From Eledone cirrhosa (taxonomy: Eukaryota), in NCBI GenBank assembly GCA_964016885.1, contig OZ024758.1, positions 10,106,001 to 10,170,000 on the forward strand: a stretch of DNA of 64,000 nt. The letters are read 5' to 3'. Each line of letters starts with the position of its first letter. Position 1 is the stretch's first letter. Shown here one piece after another: positions 48,268-61,145 of the stretch. Below the pieces are notes generated by a model. The model was not told where the DNA came from. It ran no database searches and was given only the letters and a program-made list of their open reading frames with translations. The position numbers and the translations under genes are program-made.

Positions 48268-49222
48268 TGACACACACACACACACACATACAGACACACA
48301 CAGACACATACATATACATAGTCACACACATACATATGCATACACAAACATACATATACATACACAAACATAGTCACACACATACATATACAGGTACACA
48401 CACACGTACATATACATACACAGTCACACACATACATATACAGACATGCACACACATGCACATACACAAACATAGTCACACACATACATATACAGGCACA
48501 CACACACATACATATACATACACAAACAGTCACACACATACATATACAGACATGCACACACATACATATACATACACAAATATAGTCACACACATACAGG
48601 CACACACATACACAAACATAGTCACACACATACATATACAGGCACACACGCACATGCACATACACAAACATAGTCACACACATACATATACAGGCACACA
48701 CACACATACATATACATACACAAACAGTCACACACATACATATACAGACATGCACACACATACATATACATACACAAATATAGTCACACACATACACAAA
48801 CAGTCACACACATACATATACAGGCACACACACACACATACATGCACATACACAAACATAGTCACACACATACATATACAGGCACACACACATATATACA
48901 TGCACATACACAAACATAGTCACACACATACATATACAGGCACACACACATATATACATGCACATACACAAACATAGTCACACACATACATATACAGGCA
49001 CATACACACCCACACACACACACAGAGACACAAAAACACATACACACACAGAGACACATGCATACACGTACAGACTGTTGGACAAGGATACACACACATA
49101 CACAGACGCACATGTACACACACACACACGCATACAGAGACACATACACACACACACACAGACACACACATATACGCACTGACTCAGATTCACACAGTCA
49201 GACACACACACACACACACACA
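48268..49222. repeat. CA-rich minisatellite
   Basis: ~55-bp units CACAAACATAGTCACACACATACATATACAGGCACACAC... Confidence 0.93.
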
Positions 49223-49315
49223 GAGCATGTGTTAATTTTCTTGGATTTACCTGTTTCAACAAGAAAAAAAAAGCGGTTTGTCTTTTGTCTTTGATTTTCT
49301 TGTTATTTTTTTATC

Positions 49316-49376
49316 TACTTCTTTATTAAGACACCTGCAACATGATCTTTGTTTCAGGTGTGTTAATAAAGAAGTA
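49316..49376. other. 61-nt hairpin (27-bp stem, 2 mismatches, 7-nt loop)
   Basis: TACTTCTTTATTAAGACACCTGCAACA-TGATCTT-TGTTTCAGGTGTGTTAATAAAGAAGTA. Confidence 0.85.
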
Positions 49377-51004
49377 ATCACAGGTAGGAGTTGGCCCTGA
49401 AAAAAACTTTGTACTTTTCAAAAAAAAAAAAACATTTTCAAATCTGATAATTAAGTAAAATGGCTGGAATGTTGAATGGCTAGTGATTTAGCTGTCTCTA
49501 GTACTGACCAGTGAGTGGACAAGGTCAAGCTAGATTGACTCTACAATGAACACTAGTAAACACCTGGACATTTTTATTGTTGCTGTTGTTGCTGTTATTG
49601 TCCTGTCTTCTTTTTTTCCCATTCTTCTTCTGCTTCTTCTTCTTCTTCTTCCGCCCCTCTTTCTTCTTATTCTCCCCACCTCCCCTTCTTCTTCTTCTCT
49701 CCCCTTCGTCCGTCTTCTCCTCTTCCTCCCCTCTTTCTTCTTCTCTCCCTCCCTCTCCTCCTCCTTCTGCCTCTTCTCTAGTCTCCCACCACTGACAATC
49801 AGTCATTTTATTTATTTGTTACTGTTTAGTCAGGGATGGAAAAGGAAGGCTTGTAACAATGGTGGGAGTATTCTAAAACCAGAAAATGGCCCAAATGCTT
49901 GCAACAGAATGCATGCATGGTTCCATTAATCTCTCCTGTAGGAGTCATATCGGTGCCATATTGACATACAGCATTTTTATAGGGCATTTTTTAAACCTGG
50001 CTGATCCCATCCTCCTCTTTAGGTCTGAATTCTGATCGGATGCTAGTCCTTCATCAGAAGAAAGAATGAGAAATAAGATAGATTGAGGGGACGGGCGTGC
50101 TGGAATTGGAAAAAATGTCTTTAGATAAAAATAACAGGTCCATTCATGTTGACATCTCTTGCAAAACTGTTGGTGCTGGCGTTTTGTGTATAATTTATTT
50201 TTTAGAAAAGTGGATGACGGCACGTGTCTACCTGAAATAGAAAAAAAAAACGTTTTGTTAAAAGATAAAAAGAGCTATACTTGTGCACGCGCGTAAGTAT
50301 GTGTGTGTGTGTTATTATAGGTCCATACGAAGCTAAGAAGAGATATGTGTGTATATGTGAGTAAAAGAGTGTGTGTGCATGTTAGTACGAAGCTATGAGC
50401 AAAGAGCTATCATCATATCAACCCAGCTGTGAGTGTAAGCCATTTTTATTTTATCAGTTTTCCCATGCTGGTAGGGGCTGGAGAGATTGTTACACACCAA
50501 TTCAGTACTCAGAGTTTCAGTTTGCCCATATCTCTTCCATCATTTCTTTCTTTCATTCTCTCATTGCCCCAGTATGACCAGGAACAGATTACAACCATCA
50601 AATGACTGAAACCAGTAAAAGATATGATTCGTTTTTATTGTTATTGTTTATTTGTTTTGTTGATAGTATGTGTATAAAGTTGAATGAAATTTAATGCAGC
50701 AATTGAAAGTGACATTTGAAAATATGTGTAATGAGTGTGTGTGTGTGTATATGTGTTTGTGTGTATGTGTGTGTGTATGCATGCGTGGTGTGTAAGTATG
50801 TGTATGTGTGTGTGTACATATTTATATATAAATCTAAATATCTATATACTCACATTCATACACACACATTCATTCACTCACATGTGTAGCATATCTTAGA
50901 ATGCTTGTCTCCCCTTTTCTCTTTCTTTTTCACGCTCTTTCAGCATTCTCTTCCCCCATTCATTGTATAGTGTGTATATTGATATTATACACAGGTATCT
51001 ATCT

Positions 51005-51145
51005 CTCTATTCTAGGGTGGGTAAAATTCCCGAGATCTATGGACGAGTTCTCTCCAGCGGTCTCTGTCCCTCATTATCGCTGCCATGTCCTGCGTCTCCA
51101 ACAAATCAGTGTCTGTCCTTAGAGCATCAATATATGTTAACCTTA
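51005..51145 (-). mobile_element. RTE/RTE-X LINE extreme 3' fragment
   Basis: RLTYIDALRTDTDLLETQDMAAIMRDRDRWRELV-type C-terminus. Confidence 0.7.
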
Positions 51146-51321
51146 TATACATCAAATAAAATCGTAATTCACAATATATAATACATAGAAATTGAACGAA
51201 GACTGTGTTACACTGTCTTATGTAATCAGTAACGTAATCCATGATACATTAAAAAAGACGATATTATATATAAACTGCATTAGGAGAAAATTAGTGACAG
51301 AAAATTAGTATGTTTATTTAA

Positions 51322-51345
51322 GCGATGGCCAACCGGAAGTGTTGA
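51322..51345. promoter_or_regulatory. candidate promoter motif (ETS-type CCGGAAGTG next to GCGATGGC)
   Basis: ACCGGAAGTG in unique sequence with locally retained CpGs. Confidence 0.3.
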
Positions 51346-52070
51346 CATTTCAGAAATTTTAAAGAAGTGAATCTTTAAATAAACAAAATATATTTAATCA
51401 ACAGCCACGAAATTTAGTAGATAAATTATGTAATATTCATTCACTATTTATTCAAAGTAATGCAGCTTATTTTACTAATGGGATAAAAAAATTATAAACC
51501 ATACGCAGTCCTGCACTCCTTACTTTATTATAGTTTAGATATAGATTTGTCTAATCATTGTGTGTCTGTTCTTGTATATGTGGCAGTGCCTTGTTCCTTT
51601 TCTTTTTCTGTTTTTTTTAAATCTTATTTTATTGCAAGAAAAATATCCAGATTTGTCAATATGGAGACAAACAATCGAATTTTAATAACAGTATTAATCA
51701 GCAACTTTATACTTCAAAATAACTGCTACCACTACCTTTCCTGTAAACCAGCTAATTGATGCTAGCGTGGAAAATGGACATTAAACAATGATGATGATGA
51801 TGATGATATACAGTATATTTACAAATAAACATGGAAAGCCTTTAGCTAGGAATTTTGGAAGCTGATGGCTGTGCCATCTAGCAGATTCTATTAGAAGCAG
51901 GAGAGGTTAACTACCAACAATCATTTCTGGCTGGTGGTCATTGCTCTGCTTAAGAAAAATTACGATATACTTACAATAGAAGTTAAGGGCTGAAACTCTT
52001 GCCCTTTGAGTGAGGTTCTTTCTCTGAAGACCTTCTGATGTCCAGTTCTCCTGAGAGTTTTACCACTGTT

Positions 52071-52289
52071 TTAACCCTTTACCATTTACATTTCTCTCTA
52101 TATATATATAATATTGTATTTTTGTGGTGAAGGCTTTATCTCACATAATATCGAATCTATGAGATTTTGATATTATTTATTTTGAAAACAATACCTTAAC
52201 ATAACTATGAGCAGCCAGTTATAGTTGGTTTAAACAGAAAGTGAGAGAAGTCTGGATGGATATGGCTGGTTTAAATGCTAAAGTGTTAA
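52071..52289. mobile_element. piggyBac-type MITE
   Basis: TTAA-CCCTTTACCATTTA...TAAATGCTAAAGTG-TTAA; interior matches 17902-18130. Confidence 0.8.
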
Positions 52290-53887
52290 AATTGACATAA
52301 ATCTCTCATTCCATATAACAAATTCAAACAAAACATCACAAACTTGAACCTGAATTATGAGTTAAATTATAAATCCAGTGCATGGTTTTACAATTCTTAT
52401 TTAATAATCGATTTTGAGTCAGGATTTAAAACAAGCTATGTAACAAATCATTCTATCCAGCTGCTGCAGATAAAATATATTGATAAATGTAGGGAAAAAC
52501 AAAAACAACAAAAACTTAGTTTAATTTACTATTACAGACAAAATAGAAAGAAACAATATAACATCAAGCTGTTATTTAATTATTGTTTTGTTTTCTAGGA
52601 CAAAGAAATATACAGGGGTCAGCTAAAAAGTTCATAGGCTGACCAAGATACTCTCATGGAATGACCAAATAAGGTTTATTTTTCAACATAGTCCCTGGAA
52701 AGAAACAATGCAGTTATTAATAAAAAGATTTGAAATTAATGCATATTTTATTGATCCTGAATGAAAGGCAAAACTGACCAAGGACACATTAGATAATGAA
52801 GTTGTAGATTCAGAGGGTCTAACAAGATGTTTATTGCTGGTATACCTACCTTTGATCATAGGTCTACAGAGTCAGGCCTGACCTGGGGCTCAACTACAAC
52901 AACAACATCATCATTATCGTTTCTTTATTAAACTTGTAGGTTTTAGACAAATTCAAATATTGATTACAGAAGCTAACGAAGAAAACCTAAATATTTTTTT
53001 TTAAGAAAGAAAAAAAAAAACTGTTTTATAAACAACAAAGAAGAAGAAGAAGGAAAAGAAGAAGCAGAAAAGGAAAAGAAGAAGACTAAAGAAGAAGAAG
53101 AAGAAGATAATTCACAAGGCATCTGTTTCTTTCAATATTTATTGTTGAAGCTTTATATATTCCAATTTATTGTTGGTGGTGGTGGTGTTGTTGTTGGTTT
53201 GGGGGGGGGGGGTATTGTTTGTGGTATTGTTGGTGTTGTTATTATGTTATCATTGTTTGGGTGGGGTGAAGTTTAGTAGTGGTGGTGTTAGCATTGGTTG
53301 TTGGTGTTAGGTGGGGAGTTAGCGCCTAAGTCAGCTCTGATTGACCAAGTTTATGTTCAAAACCATTCCAGCTGTGACCATCCCATCTTTTTTTCTCTCT
53401 GAGATATTAGAATGTGATTTGAGGGATATTTGGCTGCTGTTTCTATTAGTTGAGCAATCATGTTGGACTGATTGATTTATTATTTGTCATACAATTTAAT
53501 CTCTAAGTGAATTGATCTGTAATTGCTTTTCTTCTTTCTTATTTGGCTTCTCTATGTATTGTTTTGTGGACTGTTTTTTTTTAATCTCCTCAGCATCCCA
53601 ATTAATATATATCTTATATCTTATTGTAACTCAAGCACCATGTGTAATGTGGGTGGGGTATTTATAGTGCATGCTGTTGAGGACATGGTAAGAAGAGTAA
53701 GCTAAAGAGAGTGGAGAGAGAGAGGAGCTAGAATATAATAAAATACAATAGTGTTTTTTTTTAAACAAGTTTTATCTTGTATATTGTATTTCATTATATT
53801 TTAGCTTCTCCCTCTCAGCCTCCTATACTTTACTCTTCTTATTTTGCCCTCAATTGCACGCGCTACAGAAAAGAATTATACAACTGT

Positions 53888-54070
53888 ATTGGCAGTATCA
53901 GTAGAGCGTCAGACACCATGCTTTGCAGCATAGAGTTATGGCCCTTTACATTTTGAGTTCAAATCCCGATGAGGTTAACTTTGCCTTTCATCCTTACGGG
54001 GTCGATAAAATAAAGTACCAGTAATGTACTGAGTAATTGCTGGCCTTGTGCCAAAAGTAGAAACAATTAT
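53888..54070 (+). mobile_element. SINE family B
   Basis: A/B boxes and family body. Confidence 0.85.
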
Positions 54071-55166
54071 TAACCTGTTGACTGCCGTGTATATTTTACA
54101 CAGCTACAGTTGCTGTGCTGGGTTTGGTTTTTTTCAGTAAAATGACTATTTTTTTAAACAAACATTTATTAACAACACATCTGAATGATTGTCAAACATT
54201 ACATCAATAAACTAGTAACCCCATCTAGCTTTGAAGTTAGGAACTGTTGGAAACGAGTTCATAACTTCAAAGTTAGGAACTGTTGGAAACGTGTTCAAAC
54301 ACGTTAGGACAAGTTATCTCATCTACAGCACTGAAGAGGTTAAGTTTTCAAGTAATTACCATGAACCAATTGCTATAGCTTGCTATTGTTTTCTCTTTGA
54401 GGATTCCATGAAAAGGTGTCTTCACCATCATGATCCAATTTCTTTCATTCATTTTGAGATGCTCAAATTACCACTTACTTCTTCATCCATTTGGGGGGAT
54501 GAGTGGTTTGGTTTTTGGTTGTTACTGTTGTTGTTGTTTTTTTTTTGGTTTTTGTTTTGTTATTTCTTTCGATAGTAACTTTGTCTGACCCTTCTCTGGT
54601 GTTTGTTTCTTTCCAATAGTCCTTCTTTACAATATATATGTTTGGAAAAAAAAGTTGTCCAGGATAAGCATTACATTGTATAATAAATGGTAATTATAAC
54701 ATTATGTTGGTTAAAATATAAACCTCTGTACATCTGCTGTGATACAGATATGAGTACATTAATTAAAAATAATAATAATAATTTTTTTTTTTTTTTACAT
54801 TGAAAAAAAAAGACAGTTTTCTTAAAAGAGTAAAAATAACACCAAAAATAGATTATCTTTATAGAAAGAAGAAAGCTGTTATAGAGAAAGAAGAATGGTT
54901 TTTGTTACTAATAGAATCTCCTGTAATGTGTATGAATGGATTGTAGTAAATAAAATGAAAGGATTTGTCATATAGTTTCCATGAAACATATATGAAAGTA
55001 TATCATAACATTTCCCTCTATATACAAACAGAGTATAAAGAAGTATTAAGGTAAATCAGTTAGTTTCAAGAACACTCAACATACACACAGTTCATTGAGA
55101 TATCAAGAGCAATTGATGGTATTTCAGACTCTTACTGAAGGTCAAGGTCAAAACAAGGCATACATA

Positions 55167-55206
<40 letters not shown>

Positions 55207-55258
55207 AATTTATAAATTTCTGGTTGGTTGGTTGGTTGGTTCCACAACCAGATAGTTG

Positions 55259-55420
55259 TTTATATATAGTCATAGTCCTTTCGTCACACACTCTGTGACC
55301 TCTTCAGTGAGGTAGAACAGAAGGACAGAACAAAGGAGAGGCACAGAAACAAAGAAAGGAATCCCCAGTCACTGAAGAGGTCACAGAGTGTGTGACAAAA
55401 GGACTATGACTATATATAAA
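55259..55420. repeat. 52-bp inverted repeat, probably Penelope-like terminal fragments
   Basis: Arms 55259-55310 and 55369-55420 with one mismatch; contain CTGAAGAG-GTCAC...GTGAC-GAAA. Confidence 0.7.
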
Positions 55421-55602
55421 ATATATATATATATATATATATAGTAATAATAATATGTTTGAAGACTAAAATCCAAACAGGGCTCGATAAGGATAAATAT
55501 ATATCAAATAAGGGTGAAAGAAGCGATTCTTTGCTTAAACTTTAATCTGTTATTTTAATAAATATATATATATATATGTGTGTGTGTGTATATATATATA
55601 TA

Positions 55603-55938
55603 TGGAGGCACATGGCTTAGTGGTTAGAGCATTGGCCTTGCAATCGAAAGGTTGTGAGTTCAATTCTCAGACCGGGTGATGTGTGGTTTCCTTGAGCAAG
55701 ACACTTTATTTCACATTGCTCCAGTTTACTCAGCTGTAGAAATGAGATGATAGGACTGGGGTCCCTATCATTCCACTGTAAAGTGGACGTGTAGGCACCA
55801 TGGCAAAACAATCACCCAGCACTTACTCTAAATGAGGTTGGTGTTAGGAAGGGCATCCAGCTGTAGAAATCAAGCCAGAATCAGTTCCCGTCCCACCCTT
55901 GCAAGCAGGGAAAAGTGGACGTAAAATGATGATGATGA
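55603..55938 (+). mobile_element. full-length CORE-type SINE family A
   Basis: Near-identical to 30437-30832 with one internal unit; in (TA)n. Confidence 0.9.
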
Positions 55939-56093
55939 TATATATATATTTATATATATGTGTGTGTGTATATATATATGGGATAACAAAATATCGTTAT
56001 AGGTAATCCAGTTAGAGGTTGTGAATACTTCGTATTGTGGATAGTTTTAGTGTACGCCGTTGTTTGACTCAACTATAGGTTTCCTTAGGTGGC

Positions 56094-56350
56094 GAACCTT
56101 TCTTCATGACATAGTTGAGGGAGGGTGAAGGAGGGGGCAACACCCCTATTCTGCCAAGACTCCCTATTTAGAACCTTTCTTCATGACATAGTTGAGGGAG
56201 GGTGAAGAAGGGGGCAACACCCCTATTCTGCCAAGACTCCCTATTTAGAACCTTTCTTCATGACATAGTTGAGGGAGGGTGAAGGAGGGGGCAACACCCC
56301 TATTCTGCCAAGACTCCCTATCTAAAACCCTTCTTCATGACATAGTTAAG
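56094..56350. repeat. 77-bp tandem repeat, about 3.3 copies
   Basis: GAACCTTTCTTCATGACATAGTTGAGGGAGGGTGAAGG... at 56094, 56171, 56248. Confidence 0.93.
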
Positions 56351-57231
56351 AGAGGACGAAGAAGAGGCAGATAAAGAAAATCCCAGTCCAACAACACCAA
56401 GGACTGGACAAGTCACAAACACTATGACCCAGCTACACTTGACAGAGATTAGGGACCAGTGGTGACTGTTAACTGTGAGAACAGCTAAAGCAACACCACA
56501 AAGACTGGCTACAACACAAGAGCTTGATCATCAGACAGTTCCTGTAAAGATATTGGAAAGAGATTCAATAATAAATCAATAGTCAATGAGTCATCTATAA
56601 TAATAAATTAGTTGATTTCATACATGTTTTAGTTTCTCTATTAGCTACATCTGAAATCCTATTTTTTGAAAATGATTGGATTTCTACTAGAAATGAATCA
56701 TCCTTTAATATATATATATCAAACTCAGATCGTAAAGGGGCGTAACTCTATGCTGCAAAGCATGGCATCCAACCTTCTACCTATACTGCCACCCCACCGC
56801 CTTATACATATATAGATAATTGTTTCTACTTTTGGCACAAGGCCATCAATTACCCAGTGCATTACTGGTACTCAGTGCATTACTGGTACTCAGACCGCAA
56901 AGGGACGTAACTATGCTGGAAAGCATGGCGTCCGACCCTCTACCGATACTGCCAAGCCACCATATAGATAATAAGAACAGAGTAGAGGTGTTACATATGA
57001 GATTTATTGCTTAACCCAGTTACAAATGTTTCCTGAACTTACTGAACCTTTTGCACGTATATATAGATAGATAGACAAAATTAGAATTTTATTTCTCGCT
57101 CTAGCACAGCTGATACATAAATGTAAGTATGCATACATACACACATATATTTACACATACATATATGTGTGCATATATATGTCTGTACATACATATATAT
57201 ATATGTATATATGCACACATATATATATATT

Positions 57232-57405
57232 TATTTAGGTTTGTCTCTGATTTTCAGCCCCATGGATTTTGTCTATTATATTCCTTTGTTATATTTTGAA
57301 TACCTGATGATGTCACCGGATTCATACTGAACCCAGTCATTGAAATGATCATAGTATAATAAACCCTTTAAGGAATTACACCAGCCCAGCCTCCTGGTAT
57401 TTTAT
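57232..57405 (+). mobile_element. Penelope-like pseudo-LTR fragment with hammerhead-like core
   Basis: ATAC-CTGATGA...GAAA-TGATCA-TA-GTAT followed by AATAAA; flanked by (TA)n. Confidence 0.55.
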
Positions 57406-57427
57406 ATATATATATATATATATATAT

Positions 57428-57718
57428 CAGACCGGGTGATGTGTTGTTTCCTTAAGCAAGACACTTTATTTCACATTGATCCAGCTTACTCAGCTGTAGA
57501 AATGAGATGATAGGGACTGGGATCCATATCATTCCACTGCAGGTGCCACGGCAAAAAAGTACCCACCCGACACTGTAAAGTGGACGTGGAGGCGCCACGG
57601 TAAAGAAAAGCACCCAGCACTCACTGTAAATGAGGTTGGTGTTAGGAAGGGCATCCAGCTGTAGAAATCAAGCCAGAATAGATTCCCGTCCCGGACGTAA
57701 AATGATGATGATGATGAT
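57428..57718 (+). mobile_element. SINE family A, 5' truncated
   Basis: CORE-like block, two internal units, shortened tail and (GAT)n. Confidence 0.85.
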
Positions 57719-57896
57719 ATACGCACACGTGTGCACATGCATATATATATACACATACACATATACATACACATACATATATATATATACATACACATAC
57801 ATATATACACACATATCTATATACACACATATATATATATACACACACACATATATATATATACACACACATATATATACACACACATATATATAT

Positions 57897-57937
<41 letters not shown>

Positions 57938-57941
57938 CACC

Positions 57942-57973
<32 letters not shown>

Positions 57974-58002
57974 AAACCACCTGTGTATATATATATATAT
58001 AT

Positions 58003-58135
58003 ATTTCTACTTTTGGCACAAGGCCAGCAATTATTTCAGTGTATTACTGGTACTTTATTTTATCGACCCCGTAAAGATGAAAGGCAAAGTTAACCTCAGC
58101 GGGATTTGAACTCGGAATGGCAAGGGCCGTAACTT
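58003..58135 (-). mobile_element. SINE family B, partial
   Basis: Reverse complement family body. Confidence 0.8.
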
Positions 58136-58139
58136 GCCA

Positions 58140-59660
58140 TTCTAATGAATATAGACTGTATACGTGCGGCCTTTGACGACCATCAACGCCACATATTTCT
58201 CAAATATATTTTTTTAAATCCTCGCATGTAACATTAATTAGTATATTGTTGAATGGGAAGGTATTCTTTATATATATATATATATATAAAATGGAATATT
58301 CTGTTTAAGTAATTAAACAAATGAAAATTAGATAGACTAAGAGGTTGTAAAATGACCGGGAAATTGTTTTATTGTTCACAAATACTAATCACACGTCTAG
58401 GTACTTGAAAACAAAAAAAAACAAAAAAAAAAATTCAACTACATTTGAAATCTCTGACTGTTCTTTTCGCCACGTAATTACGATGGATTATAAACACTAA
58501 ATATTATCAAAGAAAATTTTAACAGTTCGTTTACCAAAACTTTTCTTTTCTTTAATATTCAATATTAAATTAGAAAAATTAATCGAATGTAAGTAAAAAA
58601 AAGAAGAAAAAAAAATAACGTTTCATTTTTTTTTTTTATTATTTAATATCGCGGAATTAAAAAAAAAAAAAAAACCCCAGCAAGATGTTAATTACAAAAG
58701 AAAAAAAAGTAAAGAAACATTAGTAGTAGAGTTTTAACGATACTGGTTGAGGTATTTTTCTTTTGGATTAACAACAGTTTTTGTCGATACCTACAGCTGT
58801 AAATAATGCGGCAAATATGGCTGGTGAGTGAAAGACTGTGAGATATAACCACGTGTGTATATCAGGCAACTTTATATACCGGCAACAAACAATGTACTTT
58901 AATATTTAATTTGCGTATTTTCACTAATCTGTATATTTATTTGTTTTGTGTTGTTATTTTATTTTTATTTATTTATTTTATTTTATTTTATTATTACAAA
59001 TTGTTATAACGTGCTACTCACTCAATAATGATTGATTTCTTACTATAAGTATTATAAAATGTTTTGTTTTTTTTTTCCTCTTCATTTTGTGCTGGGTGTA
59101 AATGGAAGGTTTTGCGACCCTCGTGGTCTATTTATTTCTGCAGACATCGATAACGTTAATTAAATTGTTACGACTAAATATCGAAACCGTGTTGCAGAAT
59201 TAACCTCACCGAATAGGGTGAAGATAGTATCGTGTTCATGGCTTCTCTTAAACGAAGGTTAGATCACTTCTATGGTGGAATCCAAACCGCTATAGCGCAA
59301 TTATTGATTTCTGTAAATAGTTATAATTACATACCGCCATAATAGTGAGTGGAAAACTGGGTTTTATGACATGTCAGGGGCAGTAGCTATACAAAAGAAA
59401 TCGAAACCTTAAAGTGAGGACTAGCTTACGGATAACTTAACCTCTACAGAACGACGATTAAGATTTGTAGCAGAGGTGATACATGATGTTTATGCCAAAT
59501 AACTGGAAAAAAAAGTAGGCTGGCCATTACTAGAACTTTTAAACATTCGATCTCAACTGATATTAACTAAACAAGAAATTTAACAGCAAACGAATAAATC
59601 TCACACACAACTTCCTATTCTACGTAAGCGATCATAACTTACGAAAAGTACATTAAACCT
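58140..59660 (+). promoter_or_regulatory. transposon-free, CpG-retaining region with candidate first exon ending at 58823
   Basis: More CpG than background; AAATATGGCTG|GTGAGT (ATG at 58817, donor at 58824). Confidence 0.4.
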
Positions 59661-59670
59661 TTCAAGTATA

Positions 59671-59865
59671 CGAGAGTCGGCTGAAAACTTCATAGGCTGA
59701 CCAAGATACTCTCATGGAATGACCAAATGAGGGTTATTTTTCATCGTAGACTCTGGAAAGAAACAATGCAGTTATTACAAAGAGTTGAAATTAATGCATG
59801 CAAGATTACACAGCTCTCGTATCATTCCTTCATAGTCAGTTTATGAACTTTTCAGCCCACCCTCG
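59671..59865. mobile_element. mariner-type MITE, complete 195-bp copy
   Basis: TA-CGAGAGTCGGCTGAAAACTTCATAGGCTGAC...GTCAGTTTATGAACTTTTCAGCCCACCCTCG-TA. Confidence 0.88.
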
Positions 59866-60271
59866 TAAATTGGTGCATTTTAATAAGCTGAATGTGCTGT
59901 AACCTTAGCGACTCTGCAATAGTTTCGATTCTTGGCGTGAAAACAATTCACTTTATTCAAGTGCTTCAGTAAGATATCCACATCAATCAATTTACTAGAA
60001 ATTTGTAGCTTGGGTGCTTTTAATAAACATGAGGAATGAAATAAAAAATATAGCGGCCGAGACCAAATCCTTTTTCCGTCTTTAAGGGTTTTCACCCCAT
60101 TTTATTGCATCTCTGCGCATGAGCACACTACTCTTTATATCTCTCTCTCTATATATATATATATATATGTGTGTGTGTTAAGTATTTCCGAAGAAAAAGC
60201 AAAGGAAAAAAGAGTGCTCTATGTATAAAACAGAGCTATTTAATTAGAAAGTGAACGACACTATATATAAC

Positions 60272-61145
60272 ACATCATCATTTTACGTCTGCGCTTTTCC
60301 CTGCTTGCAAGGGTGGGACGGGTCCTATTCAACACAGCATCTCTCCACTTGTCACGGTCCTTTGCCATCTCCTCCGTGAGCTTCAGCGATCTGAGGTCCG
60401 CTCTCACCACCTCCGCCCATGTTTTTCGTGGTCTTCCTCTACTGCGTCTTCCTTCTACTGGCATTTCTTGGCACTTCTTTACCTAACGGTCATCCTCCAT
60501 GTGCATCACATGTCCATACCATCGCAGTCTTCTCTCCCGCACACTTCAACTTATCCCTCTTATACCCAGTTTCTCTCTCAACTCATCCATGCTTGCTTCA
60601 TTTCTCTCCAGCCGTCACATGTCCTCTGCAGTTGCTGCCCATGTCTCACTACCATGCAGCATCGCGCATCTCACACAGGCATCATATAACCGACCTTTCA
60701 TATGCAGGGAGAAACCCTTCTTTATCAGCATAGGAAGCAGCTCCCTAAACTTTTATTCTAGATACTATGGCCTCGGAACACCCCCCTCCCATGCTAATCT
60801 GATCACCTATGTACCGGAAGCTACCAACCACTTCTATAGAACCTACCTGCCTTTGAAAAATGTGTCTATCACTGCGACTTCTACTGTCAACTTTCCCTAT
60901 ACATCTACAGCATAGGTAGTTTTCCCTACCTGTTAGTTTGCCTGCTATCCCACTACATCTCTTGTGTACCCAAGATTTGCATTGTGTATATTTTATAATG
61001 CTGTTAAGACGGCCCTGTCTTAAACTCCTCTGTTATGGCTTGGAGGACTATAATGAACAAGAGCGGGCTGAGGACCAAACCCTGATGTACTTCTACTTGT
61101 ATCTGGAATTCCTCACTAGACTCCATTCCTACCCTCATTTTACTG
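60272..61145 (-). mobile_element. RTE-clade LINE 3' part with deletions
   Basis: VHQGLVLSPLLFIIVLQAITEEF; KFRELLPML; KGRLYDACVRCAMLHGSETW; LRWYGHVMHM; VEGRRSRGRPRKTWAEVVRADL; ends in (GAT)n. Confidence 0.9.

Noticed and set aside
48210-49294. His/Thr- and Val/Cys-rich ORFs
   Set aside because: Translations of CA-rich repeats; also 11029-11804, 12678-13046 and 57529-58019.
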